From contig CAWIZI010000010.1 of NCBI GenBank assembly GCA_963840515.1, positions 34,625-98,624 on the forward strand: a stretch of 64,000 nucleotides of DNA, in the 5' to 3' direction. Shown one piece after another: positions 1 to 10,036 of this stretch. Both the position numbers and the translations under genes were made by a program. Under the pieces are notes generated by a model. It saw nothing but the letters and a program-made list of their open reading frames with translations, ran no database searches and was not told where the DNA came from. Each line of letters opens with the position of its first letter. The first letter of the stretch is position 1. Source of the DNA: Terriglobia bacterium. GTDB taxonomy: Bacteria > Acidobacteriota > Terriglobia > Acidiferrales > UBA7541.

Positions 1-376
1 TGCTGGGTAGCGGGGAGCTGCCGTAGCTGGCTTTGAATTTAATTCCGTTCCAACGATAAGGATTGTGGCTGGCGGTGATCATGACGCCGCCCGCGGCTTT
101 GCGTTGACGGACTAACAAAGAAATTGCGGGAGAGGGGCAAGGCTCATTCGCGAGCCAGACAGGAGTTCCGGTGCTGGAAATAACTTCTGCGGCAACGCGT
201 GCGAATTCTACGCCGCCGAAGCGATTGTCGTATCCGATGAGGACGCCGTGTTGCGCATTTTCCGCGCGAACGACATAGCGTGCGATGGCGAGAGAAACTT
301 TGCGGACGTTCGCGTAGGTGAAATCCTCGGCGATTACGCCGCGCCAGCCGTCGGTGCCAAATTTAATTCCGGTCAT
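1..376 (-). CDS. phosphoglucomutase/phosphomannomutase family protein; N-terminal part only, the gene runs off the left edge
   Basis: Reverse-strand ATG at 376..374 reads MTGIKFGTDGWRGVIAEDFTYANVRK. The active-site serine loop GGVMITASHNP is read from about 61..93. It is absent from the ORF track because there is no stop in the window. Confidence 0.8.
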   Translation of the reverse strand, partial: MTGIKFGTDGWRGVIAEDFTYANVRKVSLAIARYVVRAENAQHGVLIGYDNRFGGVEFARVAAEVISSTGTPVWLANEPCPSPAISLLVRQRKAAGGVMITASHNPYRWNGIKFKASYGSSPLPS

Positions 377-474
377 CGCGTCGGAATCAGTATAAGCAAA
401 TCGCGGGGCGGGGGAAGGAGCAAAGTGGATGGCGGGTTCTGAAAGTGGATTAATGAACTGAGAAAGTGCTTACG

Positions 475-1618
475 TCACAGGAGAGAATTGAGTTTGTGCG
501 CTTCGAGATATTTCACGATTTTGCCGACGTCCTGCGCACGATTGCGCGGGCAGATTAACAAGGCGTCGGGAGTATCGACGACAACGAGATTGTGGACGCC
601 GATGGCGGCGACGAATTTCTTGGGGCTCCATAGGAAATTGTTGTTGGCGTCCAGCGCGAAATGCGGGCCGGAGGAAATATTGGCGGAAGTTTGTTTGTTG
701 CGGCGATTATTTTGCTTTGAGGCGGCGATGAGTTCGTAGACGGCTTCCCAGGAGCCGATGTCGCTCCAGCCGATTTCGGCGGGCAGAACGTGGACGACGG
801 GATGTTTTGCGTTGCGCGTGGCGGGTTCGAGGATTGCGTAATCCACGGAAATATTCTCGAGGCGCGGATAAATTTTGCGAAGGGCGCTTGCGTAACGCGG
901 CGTGCCGATTGTTGCTGATAATTCTTCGAGAGCGGCGTGTGTTTTCGGAACGTAGCGGCGGAGATTTTCCAGAAAGGTTGAGACGCGCCAAAAAAACATC
1001 CCGGCATTCCAGAAATAGCGGCCGGACGCTACATATTTTTTGGCGACGGCTAGTGAAGGTTTTTCTGTGAACTGGCGAACGTCATGGACTGGAAATTTTC
1101 CGGAGCGCTGCGTGGTCTTGCCGCGTTCGATGTAGCCGAAGCCGGTTTCGGGGCGCGTGGGCGGAATTCCGAGGACGGCGATTTGGCCGGGTTGAGCTGC
1201 GATTCTGAAGAGCGGCTTGAACTAGCGCGCGATATTTTGCGGACTGCGCGATGTAATGATCGGCGGGAAGAACGGCCATGAGGGCGTCGCGGTGTTCGTG
1301 GCGCAAATGAATTGCGGCGAGTCCGATTGCGGCGGCGGTGTTGCGTCCGATTGGTTCGGCGAGGACATGGGATTTCGCTACGCGCGGAAGTTGTTTGCGA
1401 ACTTCTGCGGATTGATCTTCGTTGGTGACGATCCAAAGATTTGCGGGAAGGAAAAGTGGGGAGAGACGCGCGGTGGTTTGCTGCAACATTGTATGTGCGC
1501 CGATGATATTGAGAAGTTGTTTCGGCGTGCGAGTGCGGCTGCGCGGCCAGAAGCGAGTGCCGCGTCCACCGGCGAGAACTACGGCGTATGCGTGAAGTTT
1601 GTCCCTGGCGTTCGTCAC
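475..1618 (-). pseudogene. manC: mannose-1-phosphate guanylyltransferase, interrupted by a single frameshift near 1200..1222
   Basis: ORF 1082..1618 has an authentic N-terminus (AVVLAGGRGTRFWP, AEPIGRNTAAAIGLAA, LPADHYI), then turns into Arg/Pro-rich nonsense after VQAALQ. The next frame continues IAAQPGQIAVLGIPPTRPETGFGYIERG...YFWNAGMFFW and joins ORF 475..999 (GWSDIGSWEAVYE). Confidence 0.8.
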
Positions 1619-1637
1619 AAAATTTCCTGTGAATCAA

Positions 1638-2744
1638 CTATCGTTTCACGATTTGCGCTACGGCATCTTCGGAAATTCCTAACTTGCTCAAATGTACGGA
1701 GTAGCGCGCTAAGTCAGGAACAAAAGCGCGGAGCATCGTGGTGCGCGCCGCGGGTTCGATGCGCCACGATCCTTGCGCGGCGGGCACGAACCACGCTTCG
1801 CCCGGATGATATTCGGATTCTCCGTGGGCCGCGCTGGATTTTTCGCCCCAGGTGATGCGTCCTTTTCCGGAGATGACGATCCACAAATCAAAATGTATTG
1901 GGTTGGCATTCCGATCGATTGATTTTGAGAATTGCCATTTTTCGAGCGCGAAATACTTGTTCGCAACGAAGTGTGAAATTTCGGCGCCGTGCGCGGATGC
2001 GCGCGTGACTTCCACTTTTCCACCGCGCTGGCGATCGAAGTTCAGCACGTCCATGGCTTTATTTACGTGCAGCGGACGCATGGTGCCGTCTTTCTGGCGG
2101 CGATTGTAATCATGCAGGCGGTAGGTGATGTCGGAATTTTGCTGAATTTCGCAGAGCACAGAGCCTGCGCCGATTGTGTGCGCGGTGCCGGCGGGGACGA
2201 AGATTGCGTCGCCCGCGGAAACGGGAAGCCGGTTCAAACAATTTTCGACGGTGCCTTCGTCAATCGCGCGGCGAAAAACCTGACGAGTTACGCCGGGTTT
2301 CAGTCCCACGAAAACTTCGCTTTCGGGTTGAGCGGCGACCGCATACCAAATTTCTGTTTTGCCGACGCCACCGGACGCGGCTTCATGTTTCTGCGCGTAT
2401 TCGTCATGCGGATGGACTTGCACGGAAAGTTTATCGGCGGGAAATAGAAATTTCACCAGAAGAGGAAACGCTGCGCGCTCCTTGTCGTTGGCGTCGAAGC
2501 GCGTGCCGGCCCATTCCTGCGGCATATCGCGCCAAACGTCGTTCAGTTTGTAGCCCGCGAACGGGCCTTCGGCGAATTTGCATTCGTTTCCGGTGAGCCA
2601 GACTTCGCCGATTGGTTCGGACAATTTATTTTGTTCGGGGTGCGTTTTGTCAGAAAAGAGAGGCGCGAGAGTTTGTGCGCCCCAGATTCGCGGTACAAAA
2701 ATCGGTTCAAGACGCGAAGGGCGCAACGGAAGATTTTTTGTCAC
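1638..2744 (-). CDS. manA: class I mannose-6-phosphate isomerase
   Basis: 368-aa ORF with PRIWGAQ, IGEVWLTG, cupin core LSVQVHPHDEYA and FVPAGTAHTIGAG. Its GTG start overlaps the stop of the upstream aminotransferase (GTGA). Confidence 0.8.
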   Translation of the reverse strand: MTKNLPLRPSRLEPIFVPRIWGAQTLAPLFSDKTHPEQNKLSEPIGEVWLTGNECKFAEGPFAGYKLNDVWRDMPQEWAGTRFDANDKERAAFPLLVKFLFPADKLSVQVHPHDEYAQKHEAASGGVGKTEIWYAVAAQPESEVFVGLKPGVTRQVFRRAIDEGTVENCLNRLPVSAGDAIFVPAGTAHTIGAGSVLCEIQQNSDITYRLHDYNRRQKDGTMRPLHVNKAMDVLNFDRQRGGKVEVTRASAHGAEISHFVANKYFALEKWQFSKSIDRNANPIHFDLWIVISGKGRITWGEKSSAAHGESEYHPGEAWFVPAAQGSWRIEPAARTTMLRAFVPDLARYSVHLSKLGISEDAVAQIVKR

Positions 2745-3934
2745 GATGCGGAAGCGGCCTCAGCGAAAAATCGTTCCATGCGGCGGAGGCCTTCTTCAAT
2801 GCGCTCCATACTGGTGGCGTAGGAGAGACGCAAATATCCGGACGCGCCGAAGGCGTCACCGGCAACGACGGCGACGTGTGCTTTTTCGAGAAGCTGTTTC
2901 GCGAGCGTGGGCGTATCCGCAGCGCCGCCGGGACGGCCGACATGCTTTGAAACATTCGGGAACATATAAAACGCGCCTTGCGGAGAAGCGCAAGTGATTC
3001 CGGGAATTGCGTTCAGCCCGGCGAGAATGTGCGTGCGGCGCTTCGCATATTCGGCGAGCATCGCGGCGACTGTTTCCATGGAACTTGTGACTGCGGCGAG
3101 CGCAGCTTTTTGCGTGATAGAACTTGGATTGGAAGTGGACTGGCTTTGCAGACGCGTCATCGCTTCGATTACGTCTTTTGGAGCGAGCGCGAAACCAGCG
3201 CGCCAGCCTGTCATCGCGAAAGTTTTTGAGAGAGAGCCAGCGACGATCACGTGCGGTTTTGCGCCTGACTTGCCGGCGATGGAATATGGTTTGCCGCCAT
3301 CATAAATAAAATGTGAGTAGCACTCGTCGGCCATCAGCCAGATGCCGTGTTTTTCGCACACTGCAAGAATGCGCTCGAACTCGTCGGCGGGAATCACCGC
3401 GCCCGTTGGATTATTCGGCGAATTGACGATGATCATTCGCGTGCGCGGAGTAATTGCTTTCTCGACGGCGTCGGCGCGCAGCGTGAAGCCATCATCCGCG
3501 CGCGTTTCCACAAAAATTGGAGTTGCGCCGGTGTACTTCACCATGTCCGGAAAACTTACCCAGTAGGGAACGGGAATTAAAACTTCGTCGCCGGCCTGCA
3601 CCAGCGCGTTGAGCGCGTTGAAGAGCGCTTGCTTGCCGCCAGTGGTGAAAATACATTCCGAGGCGTCATAGTTTGAGCCGAATTGCGCGGCGTGCCACTT
3701 GGAAATTCCTTCGCGCAACGGCATGATGCCGCTCGCGGAAGTATATTTTGTGAAATTTTGTTCCAGCGCTTGAACGGCGGCGCGCTTGATGTGGTCCGGG
3801 GTGGGGAAATCGGGTTCGCCGGGGCCGAAGTCCACCATGTCAATGCCGCGAGCTTTGTACTGCTCGGCGATCATTAATACGGCGAGGGTGGGAGAGCTGG
3901 CGATTCGGCTAACGCGATCGGCGAATTTTGTCAT
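2741..3934 (-). CDS. PLP-dependent class I aminotransferase (aspartate aminotransferase-like)
   Basis: 397 aa with NSPNNPTGAV and the PLP-lysine block GSLSKTFAMTGWRAGF. Confidence 0.85.
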   Translation of the reverse strand: MTKFADRVSRIASSPTLAVLMIAEQYKARGIDMVDFGPGEPDFPTPDHIKRAAVQALEQNFTKYTSASGIMPLREGISKWHAAQFGSNYDASECIFTTGGKQALFNALNALVQAGDEVLIPVPYWVSFPDMVKYTGATPIFVETRADDGFTLRADAVEKAITPRTRMIIVNSPNNPTGAVIPADEFERILAVCEKHGIWLMADECYSHFIYDGGKPYSIAGKSGAKPHVIVAGSLSKTFAMTGWRAGFALAPKDVIEAMTRLQSQSTSNPSSITQKAALAAVTSSMETVAAMLAEYAKRRTHILAGLNAIPGITCASPQGAFYMFPNVSKHVGRPGGAADTPTLAKQLLEKAHVAVVAGDAFGASGYLRLSYATSMERIEEGLRRMERFFAEAASAS

Positions 3935-3964
3935 CGATCTAAAATTCCTTGCGTGTGAAATAAA

Positions 3965-4450
<486 letters not shown>

Positions 4451-4575
4451 TTTGGCCGTTTGGATAGCGTTGTGCAACACCGTCGAATCGCGACTGGGCG
4501 ACATTGTATCTTAACGATGGCTGGGTTCTGGAAGAAATATGTTGGGAAATTGGCGCGCGAGTTGCGGCTGGTTTG

Positions 4576-5133
4576 CTATCGCTCTTTCACGTAATGAAGC
4601 GCGACGGATCCTGATTTAAGAACTTTGGAATCGACGAGTTTTAATTGTAATTTCTCCGGCAGGCTAATTCCCGCTAACAAACGAGTCCCTTCTCCTGCAA
4701 TTATTGGCTGAACGACAAAATGGTATTCATCAATCAGATCAAGCGCCATTAGTTGCGAGGGGATATTTACGCCACCGACCAAAATATTTTTGCCTTGCTG
4801 CTGTTTCAATTTAAGAATTTCGTCTCGCAGATTGGTGCGAACAATTTTCGTATTTGTTCCTTCCACGCTGGCCAACGATCGCGAGAAAACAAGTTTCTTG
4901 GTGGCAACAAATGCGTCAGCGAATTCCTTGTCTGCTTTTGTCGCAGAAGGGTCATTTGCGACATCGGGCCAATATGGAACCATCAATTCATAGGTTTTGC
5001 GCCCGAAGACTAGCAAGTCAATTTCGCGCAGGAGGTTCGTACTATCCCCAAATAGTTCGTCATCGGGGACCATTTTGGTGTGGTCGCAGCAGCCATCCAG
5101 TGTGATGTTGATCATGTAGACTAGATTTCTCAT
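4576..5133 (-). CDS. dihydrofolate reductase family protein (RibD C-terminal domain type)
   Basis: MRNLVYMINITLDGCCDH..LLVFGRKTYE..ILVGGVNIPSQL pattern. Start placed at ATG 5133. By eye it is clearly more AT-rich than its neighbours. Confidence 0.65.
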   Translation of the reverse strand: MRNLVYMINITLDGCCDHTKMVPDDELFGDSTNLLREIDLLVFGRKTYELMVPYWPDVANDPSATKADKEFADAFVATKKLVFSRSLASVEGTNTKIVRTNLRDEILKLKQQQGKNILVGGVNIPSQLMALDLIDEYHFVVQPIIAGEGTRLLAGISLPEKLQLKLVDSKVLKSGSVALHYVKER

Positions 5134-5304
5134 TTTCGCCTCGGAATTAGGAGCGCGGTCTTTGAACATGAAACTAATAACCTCGAACCGCTGGTCATTG
5201 CAATACAAAGATTAGGGGAATTTCATACTGAACTCTCTGCCATGTCTGGTTTCGATGTACAACCTTCCTTTGGAAGGGGGCCTCTACATTGGAGGGTCTG
5301 AGGG

Positions 5305-6258
5305 ATGGAGAGATCTGGCGAAATATCTAGAAGCCGCAGAAAGCAATTGCTAAACATTGCCGGATTTGTTGCAGTCGCGGCGCCGATCATCTTCAGCTTG
5401 GCAATCGCACAGCAAAGCCGCGCTCTATCGCAAGCACAAAGTACGGCCACGGTTGCTCCTGTATTCGTGTATGAGGTTGCATCGATCAAACCAGCAAAGT
5501 CTGGCTCCCGCGGGTCCACGATGAGATTCACTCCAGACGGAGTCACCGCGAGGAACATGTCGCTGACGGCGCTCTTTCGGGCGGCATACGGAGTTCAACC
5601 CGATCAGATTGTAGGAGCGCCAAGTTGGGTCGATTCTGATCGATACGATGTTGATGCAAAAATGGAAGGATCTGTAGCTGATGCGTTGCAAAAGCTTAAC
5701 CAATATGAGCGCACGATTGCACGCCAGCACATGCTGGAGGCGCTTCTGGTGGACCGCTTCAACGTGAAAATCCACCGCGAATCAAAAGAGCTTCCGGTCT
5801 ATACGCTGGTGATTGCGAAAAGCGGTCCGAAAATTCAGGAAGCAAAAACAGACGAGCCCACCTCAACTGAGCCTGGGAGAGGTGGCTTCGGAAGAGGCAG
5901 TATGACGATGACAGCGGGAGGAAAGGGCGGAGCGCGATCGCAAATATTGACGGGTCAAGCCGTTCCAATCGCAAGTCTTATTCGGATATTGACGGGAGTG
6001 CTGGAGAGGCCCGTTCTCGACAAAACCGGGCTAATGGGCCTCTATGACGTAAAGCTGGAATGGTCGCCGGATGACAGCGAAACACAGGCTGCTCCGAGCG
6101 GCGCGCCGAGTAGTCAAACTCCACCCGCGCCATCTGGTTCCGGTGGCCCAGATCTTTTTACTGCGATTCAGCAACAGCTTGGCTTGAAATTGGAATCCGG
6201 AAAAGGTCCGGTCGATATCATTATCATCGACCATGTCGAGAGGCCTTCGGGAAATTAG
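5305..6258 (+). CDS. TIGR03435-family soil-associated protein (function unknown), N-terminal signal/anchor
   Basis: 317 aa with FEVASIKP-like start of the domain, SDRYDVDAK, PVYTLVIAKSGPK, and a C-terminal QQLGLKLESGKGPVDIIIIDHVERPSGN signature. Paralog at 39679..40635. Confidence 0.75.
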   Translation: MERSGEISRSRRKQLLNIAGFVAVAAPIIFSLAIAQQSRALSQAQSTATVAPVFVYEVASIKPAKSGSRGSTMRFTPDGVTARNMSLTALFRAAYGVQPDQIVGAPSWVDSDRYDVDAKMEGSVADALQKLNQYERTIARQHMLEALLVDRFNVKIHRESKELPVYTLVIAKSGPKIQEAKTDEPTSTEPGRGGFGRGSMTMTAGGKGGARSQILTGQAVPIASLIRILTGVLERPVLDKTGLMGLYDVKLEWSPDDSETQAAPSGAPSSQTPPAPSGSGGPDLFTAIQQQLGLKLESGKGPVDIIIIDHVERPSGN

Positions 6259-6575
6259 CAGCGGGCGGGGCCAAACTTACGGCTTTAAACGACGACGAAT
6301 TGACCCTCGAAATGTGCTGGCCACTTAAAAATATAATCCTCCACGATTAGGTGCCTTCAACTAGAAAAAGCTGGCCGTGATGCTGGTAGCGTTCGTCGTC
6401 GGAAATTGAGCCACCACGAGTCTTCGAGTTTCCCGTTCAACCTTTGCTGACGACCATTCGGCTGGAAAGGGCGTCGGTTCGATGAGTTGATTTTGACATG
6501 TCCGACCAGATGGGTCGTAATTGGAAAGGCAGGCAGAGGTGGATTCTCGCAATGGGGCGGCTCGCGGTGTGCGGC

Positions 6576-6604
6576 TTGACAGAGGGCGATTGTTGCCGTA
6601 CAAT
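6576..6604 (+). promoter_or_regulatory. sigma-70-type promoter candidate for the isc operon (TTGACA-N17-TACAAT)
   Basis: TTGACA at 6576..6581, exactly 17 nt of spacer, TACAAT at 6599..6604, about 30 nt upstream of the iscR ATG. Confidence 0.5.
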
Positions 6605-6611
6605 TCAATTG

Positions 6612-6626
6612 CGACTAAATTAGTCG
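6612..6626. promoter_or_regulatory. perfect palindrome CGACTAA-A-TTAGTCG; candidate IscR (Rrf2) autoregulatory operator
   Basis: 7+1+7 inverted repeat immediately downstream of the -10 box. Its core GACT-AAATT-AGTC fits the GACTRwwwYAGTC core of the E. coli type-1 IscR site as I remember it. Confidence 0.45.
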
Positions 6627-6634
6627 TATATGCC

Positions 6635-7072
6635 ATGCTGAAGCTTTCCAAGAAATCGGACTACGGATTGATCGCGGTGAAGCATTTGGCGACGCATGGA
6701 ATGGAGCGTTCGCAGAGCGCTTCGGATATTGCAGAAGTTTACGGAATTTCTTCGACGCTGCTGGCGAAGGTTTTGCAGAAGCTGGCGAAAAATGGGTTGG
6801 TGATTGCGCAGCATGGGTCGGCCGGGGGATATCGGCTGGCGAAGTTGCCGAGCGAGATTACGGCGTTGGATGTGATTAGCGCGATTGATGGGCCGCTGCT
6901 GATAACTTCCTGCTCGACGCATCGCGGGGAATGTTTTCAGTCGTCGACTTGCACGGTGCGCGAGCCTTTGAAGCGCGTGAATGAAAGCATTATGCAGGTA
7001 CTGGCCACGGTGACAATTTCGCAGATGAGCGAAGAGCCGGAACAGCCGGCGCTTGTGCAAATGCAGAGTTAA
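6635..7072 (+). CDS. iscR: Rrf2-family Fe-S cluster regulator IscR
   Basis: MLKLSKKSDYGLIAVKHLA winged-HTH start and a three-Cys cluster SCSTHRGECFQSSTC. It is the first gene of the isc operon. Start at ATG 6635; the track ORF extends upstream to 6521. Confidence 0.85.
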   Translation: MLKLSKKSDYGLIAVKHLATHGMERSQSASDIAEVYGISSTLLAKVLQKLAKNGLVIAQHGSAGGYRLAKLPSEITALDVISAIDGPLLITSCSTHRGECFQSSTCTVREPLKRVNESIMQVLATVTISQMSEEPEQPALVQMQS

Positions 7073-7132
7073 GGATTTTGTAGTTGGGGGATTTGGTCGA
7101 CAGAAATAATTAGAAACTGAGGAGAAGCTGGA

Positions 7133-8365
7133 ATGGCCATTAAGACACCGATTTACATGGATTATCACGCGACGACACCTGTTGATCCGCGCGTACTGGA
7201 AGCGATGCTTCCTTATTTCAACGAGCGGTTCGGAAATTCCGCGAGCCGCAACCACGCGTTTGGATGGACGGCGGAAGAAGCGGTGGAAAATGCGCGCGCG
7301 CAAATAGCTCGTTTGATCAACGCGACGCCGAAAGAGATTATTTTCACCAGCGGTGCGACGGAGTCAAATAATTTGGCGCTGAAGGGCGCGGCGGAAATGT
7401 ACCGCGAGAAGGGCAATCATATTATTACGCAGGTCACCGAGCACAAGGCGGTGCTGGACACCTGCAAGCGCTTGGAAAAGTACGGCTACGAAGTGACGTA
7501 CTTGCCGGTGGGCAAAGACGGCCGCGTGAATCCGGAAGATGTGCGCAAGGCGATCACGCCGAAGACCATCATCATTTCGATTATGTACGCGAATAACGAA
7601 ATCGGTGTGGTGCAGCCGATCGCGGAAATCGGCAAAATTGCCAAGGAAAAAGGTGTTTTGCTGCATTCGGACGGCGTGCAGGCCATCGGCAAAATTCCGG
7701 TGGATGTGCAGGCGGACAACATCGACATGCTTTCCATGACGGCGCATAAGATTTATGGGCCGAAGGGAGTTGGCGCGCTTTACGTGCGCCGACGCAACCC
7801 GCGCGTGCAGCTTTCTTCGATTCTGGATGGCGGCGGACACGAGCGCGGCATGCGTTCGGGCACGTTGAATGTGCCGGGCATCGTGGGATTCGGCAAGGCC
7901 TGCGAAATTTGTATGAATGAAATGGCCACCGAATCGGCGCGAATGATTGCGCTGCGCGATCGTCTGCGAAAAGGATTGGAAGCGAAGCTGGACGAAACGT
8001 ACATCAACGGCACGATGGAACATCACCTGCCGAATAATTTGAATATGAGCTTCGCATTCGTAGAAGGCGAATCGCTCTTGATGGGAATTAATGATATCGC
8101 GGTATCGAGTGGATCGGCCTGCACTTCGGCGACGCTGGAACCGAGTTACGTTTTGAAGGCGCTGGGAGTTGGCGAAGATCTGGCGCACACTTCGATTCGA
8201 TTTGGTTTGGGCCGGTTCAACACGGAAGAAGAAGTGGATTACGTGGTGAATCGCATGTACGAAGTGGTGAGCAGACTGCGCGAACTTTCTCCGCTGTATG
8301 AAATGGCGAAGGAAGGGATTGACGTCAGCAAGATGCAGTGGAATGTGACGAGCGCGGAGCACTAA
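7133..8365 (+). CDS. iscS: cysteine desulfurase IscS
   Basis: 410 aa with PLP-Lys block [12 protein letters not shown] and active-site loop [17 protein letters not shown]. Confidence 0.95.
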   Translation: MAIKTPIYMDYHATTPVDPRVLEAMLPYFNERFGNSASRNHAFGWTAEEAVENARAQIARLINATPKEIIFTSGATESNNLALKGAAEMYREKGNHIITQVTEHKAVLDTCKRLEKYGYEVTYLPVGKDGRVNPEDVRKAITPKTIIISIMYANNEIGVVQPIAEIGKIAKEKGVLLHSDGVQAIGKIPVDVQADNIDMLSMTAHKIYGPKGVGALYVRRRNPRVQLSSILDGGGHERGMRSGTLNVPGIVGFGKACEICMNEMATESARMIALRDRLRKGLEAKLDETYINGTMEHHLPNNLNMSFAFVEGESLLMGINDIAVSSGSACTSATLEPSYVLKALGVGEDLAHTSIRFGLGRFNTEEEVDYVVNRMYEVVSRLRELSPLYEMAKEGIDVSKMQWNVTSAEH

Positions 8366-8428
8366 AATTTTTGGGATTCGAGACGGAAATTCGCACGAGA
8401 GCATCAAATTTAGAGGAGAACAAATCAA

Positions 8429-8830
8429 ATGGCGTACTCAGATAAAGTTATCGAGCACTACAACCACCCGCGCAACGTCGGAAGCTTGCCGAAGGAAGAT
8501 CCGAACGTTGGGACGGGGCTGGTCGGCGCTCCGGAATGCGGCGATGTGATGAAGTTGCAGATGAAAATTAATCCGGACACGCGCGTGATCGAAGAAGCCA
8601 AATTCAAGACGTTTGGATGCGGCTCGGCGATTGCGTCCAGTTCGCTGGCGACAGAATGGGTGAAGGGCAAGACCGTCGAAGAAGCGCTGGCGATTAAGAA
8701 CACGGACATCGTGCGCGAATTGAGCCTGCCGCCAGTGAAGATTCACTGCTCGGTGCTGGCGGAAGACGCGATCAAGGCCGCGATTGGCGATTGGAAGAAG
8801 AAGCGCGGCGACGAAGCCGAAGCGAAGTAA
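8429..8830 (+). CDS. iscU: Fe-S cluster assembly scaffold IscU
   Basis: GAPECGDVMKLQ, FKTFGCGSAIASSS and KIHCSVLAEDA (three conserved Cys). Confidence 0.95.
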   Translation: MAYSDKVIEHYNHPRNVGSLPKEDPNVGTGLVGAPECGDVMKLQMKINPDTRVIEEAKFKTFGCGSAIASSSLATEWVKGKTVEEALAIKNTDIVRELSLPPVKIHCSVLAEDAIKAAIGDWKKKRGDEAEAK

Positions 8831-8914
8831 TTCCCGCCACGGCTGGTGCTTGGCTGTGATTGCGCGGGCGCGAAGCGTGCGGAATTTGATTTGCGGAACT
8901 TCAGGGACTGAACT

Positions 8915-9262
8915 ATGGAAACGGCGACTACAACAATTCATGTAACTGAAAAAGCGGCGGCGAAAATCCGTCAGTTGCTGAGCAAAGAAGGCGTGCCGGA
9001 AACGACCGGCGGCCTTCGCGTGGGCGTGCAGGGCGGCGGCTGTTCGGGGCTGACGTATGCGATGAAGCTGGATACGCAGGCGCGGGATCGCGACAAAGTA
9101 TTTGAAGAAAATGGCGCGCGCGTGTTTGTGGACCCGAAAAGTTTTCTGTTCCTTGCGAACACGACACTGGATTATCAAGAAACGCTGATTCGCCAGGGAT
9201 TTGTGTTCGAGAATCCGCAGTCCACACGAAGCTGCGGCTGCGGCAGTTCGTTCACAGCGTAG
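8915..9262 (+). CDS. iscA: A-type Fe-S carrier IscA/HesB family
   Basis: 115 aa with GLRVGVQGGGCSGLTY and a C-terminal CGCGSSF. Confidence 0.9.
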   Translation: METATTTIHVTEKAAAKIRQLLSKEGVPETTGGLRVGVQGGGCSGLTYAMKLDTQARDRDKVFEENGARVFVDPKSFLFLANTTLDYQETLIRQGFVFENPQSTRSCGCGSSFTA

Positions 9263-9287
9263 ATTCGTGCCGACCGCTCGTAATGCA

Positions 9288-9992
9288 ATGAACGCGGCAA
9301 CCACCTCCACAAAAACTGCTGTTAAATGCTGGAGCTGCGGCGCGGCTACTTCCGACGCGCATTTTTGCGCGGCGTGCGGAAAAATTCAGCCGCTGACGCT
9401 GGGGATGGATTATTTTGCATTTTTTGGATTGCCCCAGAAATTGCGGATTGATACCGCGGATCTTGAGAAGCGATTTCATCAACTGAGTTGGAAGTTGCAT
9501 CCGGATAATTTTGTTCGCGCTACGGAAAAAGAACGCGAAATTTCTTTGGCGCTTTCTTCGGAATTGAATGATGCCTATCGTGCGTTGCGCGAACCGTTGA
9601 GCCGAGTGGAATATTTGCTGGCGCATTCGGGAATGCGCAAAGAAGGCGCGCACAAGCAACAGGCTCCGCCGGAATTGTTGGAAGAAGTTTTTGAGCTGAA
9701 TGAATCGTTGGACGAGTTGCGCGAGAGCAGGGAAGCGGACGAGCACGGAGCTGACTCGCCGATGAGTGGGATTCGCGCGAAGTTGGAAGCGGCGGAAAAG
9801 AATTTTGCGGAGAAGCTGGAAGAATCGGACGCGCAGTTGGATGTGATCGCGGGCGAATGGGATGCGGCGATTGATGCGGGCGCGGATGAAGTGAAGCGGC
9901 AGGCGTTGATGACGAAGATGAATGATGTGCTGAACCGGCGTTCGTACATACGGAATTTAGTTAATAAGGTTGCAGCGGAATTAGCGATTTAG
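9288..9992 (+). CDS. hscB: Fe-S co-chaperone HscB with an N-terminal Cys4 zinc-finger-like module
   Basis: J-domain-like YFAFFGLPQKLRIDTADLEKRFHQLSWKLHPD, preceded by CWSCG-x9-CAAC. Sits between iscA and hscA. Start at ATG 9288. Confidence 0.85.
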   Translation: MNAATTSTKTAVKCWSCGAATSDAHFCAACGKIQPLTLGMDYFAFFGLPQKLRIDTADLEKRFHQLSWKLHPDNFVRATEKEREISLALSSELNDAYRALREPLSRVEYLLAHSGMRKEGAHKQQAPPELLEEVFELNESLDELRESREADEHGADSPMSGIRAKLEAAEKNFAEKLEESDAQLDVIAGEWDAAIDAGADEVKRQALMTKMNDVLNRRSYIRNLVNKVAAELAI

Positions 9993-10036
9993 TTTGGCGA
10001 TTTGAATTTTGATTGGGAATTCGGGCAGGGGAGAGA

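Noticed and set aside
6357-6651. Two overlapping minus-strand ORFs (83 and 96 aa) upstream of iscR
   Set aside because: They overlap the predicted iscR promoter, operator and start. They have no motifs, and they read as typical spurious ORFs.
7364-8428. 354-aa minus-strand ORF covering iscS; similar ORFs at 8438..9310 and 9252..9746 lie over iscU/iscA/hscB
   Set aside because: They are antisense to unmistakable isc genes. Their composition is Arg/His/Phe-rich and motif-free, which is typical of long shadow ORFs in GC-rich coding DNA.
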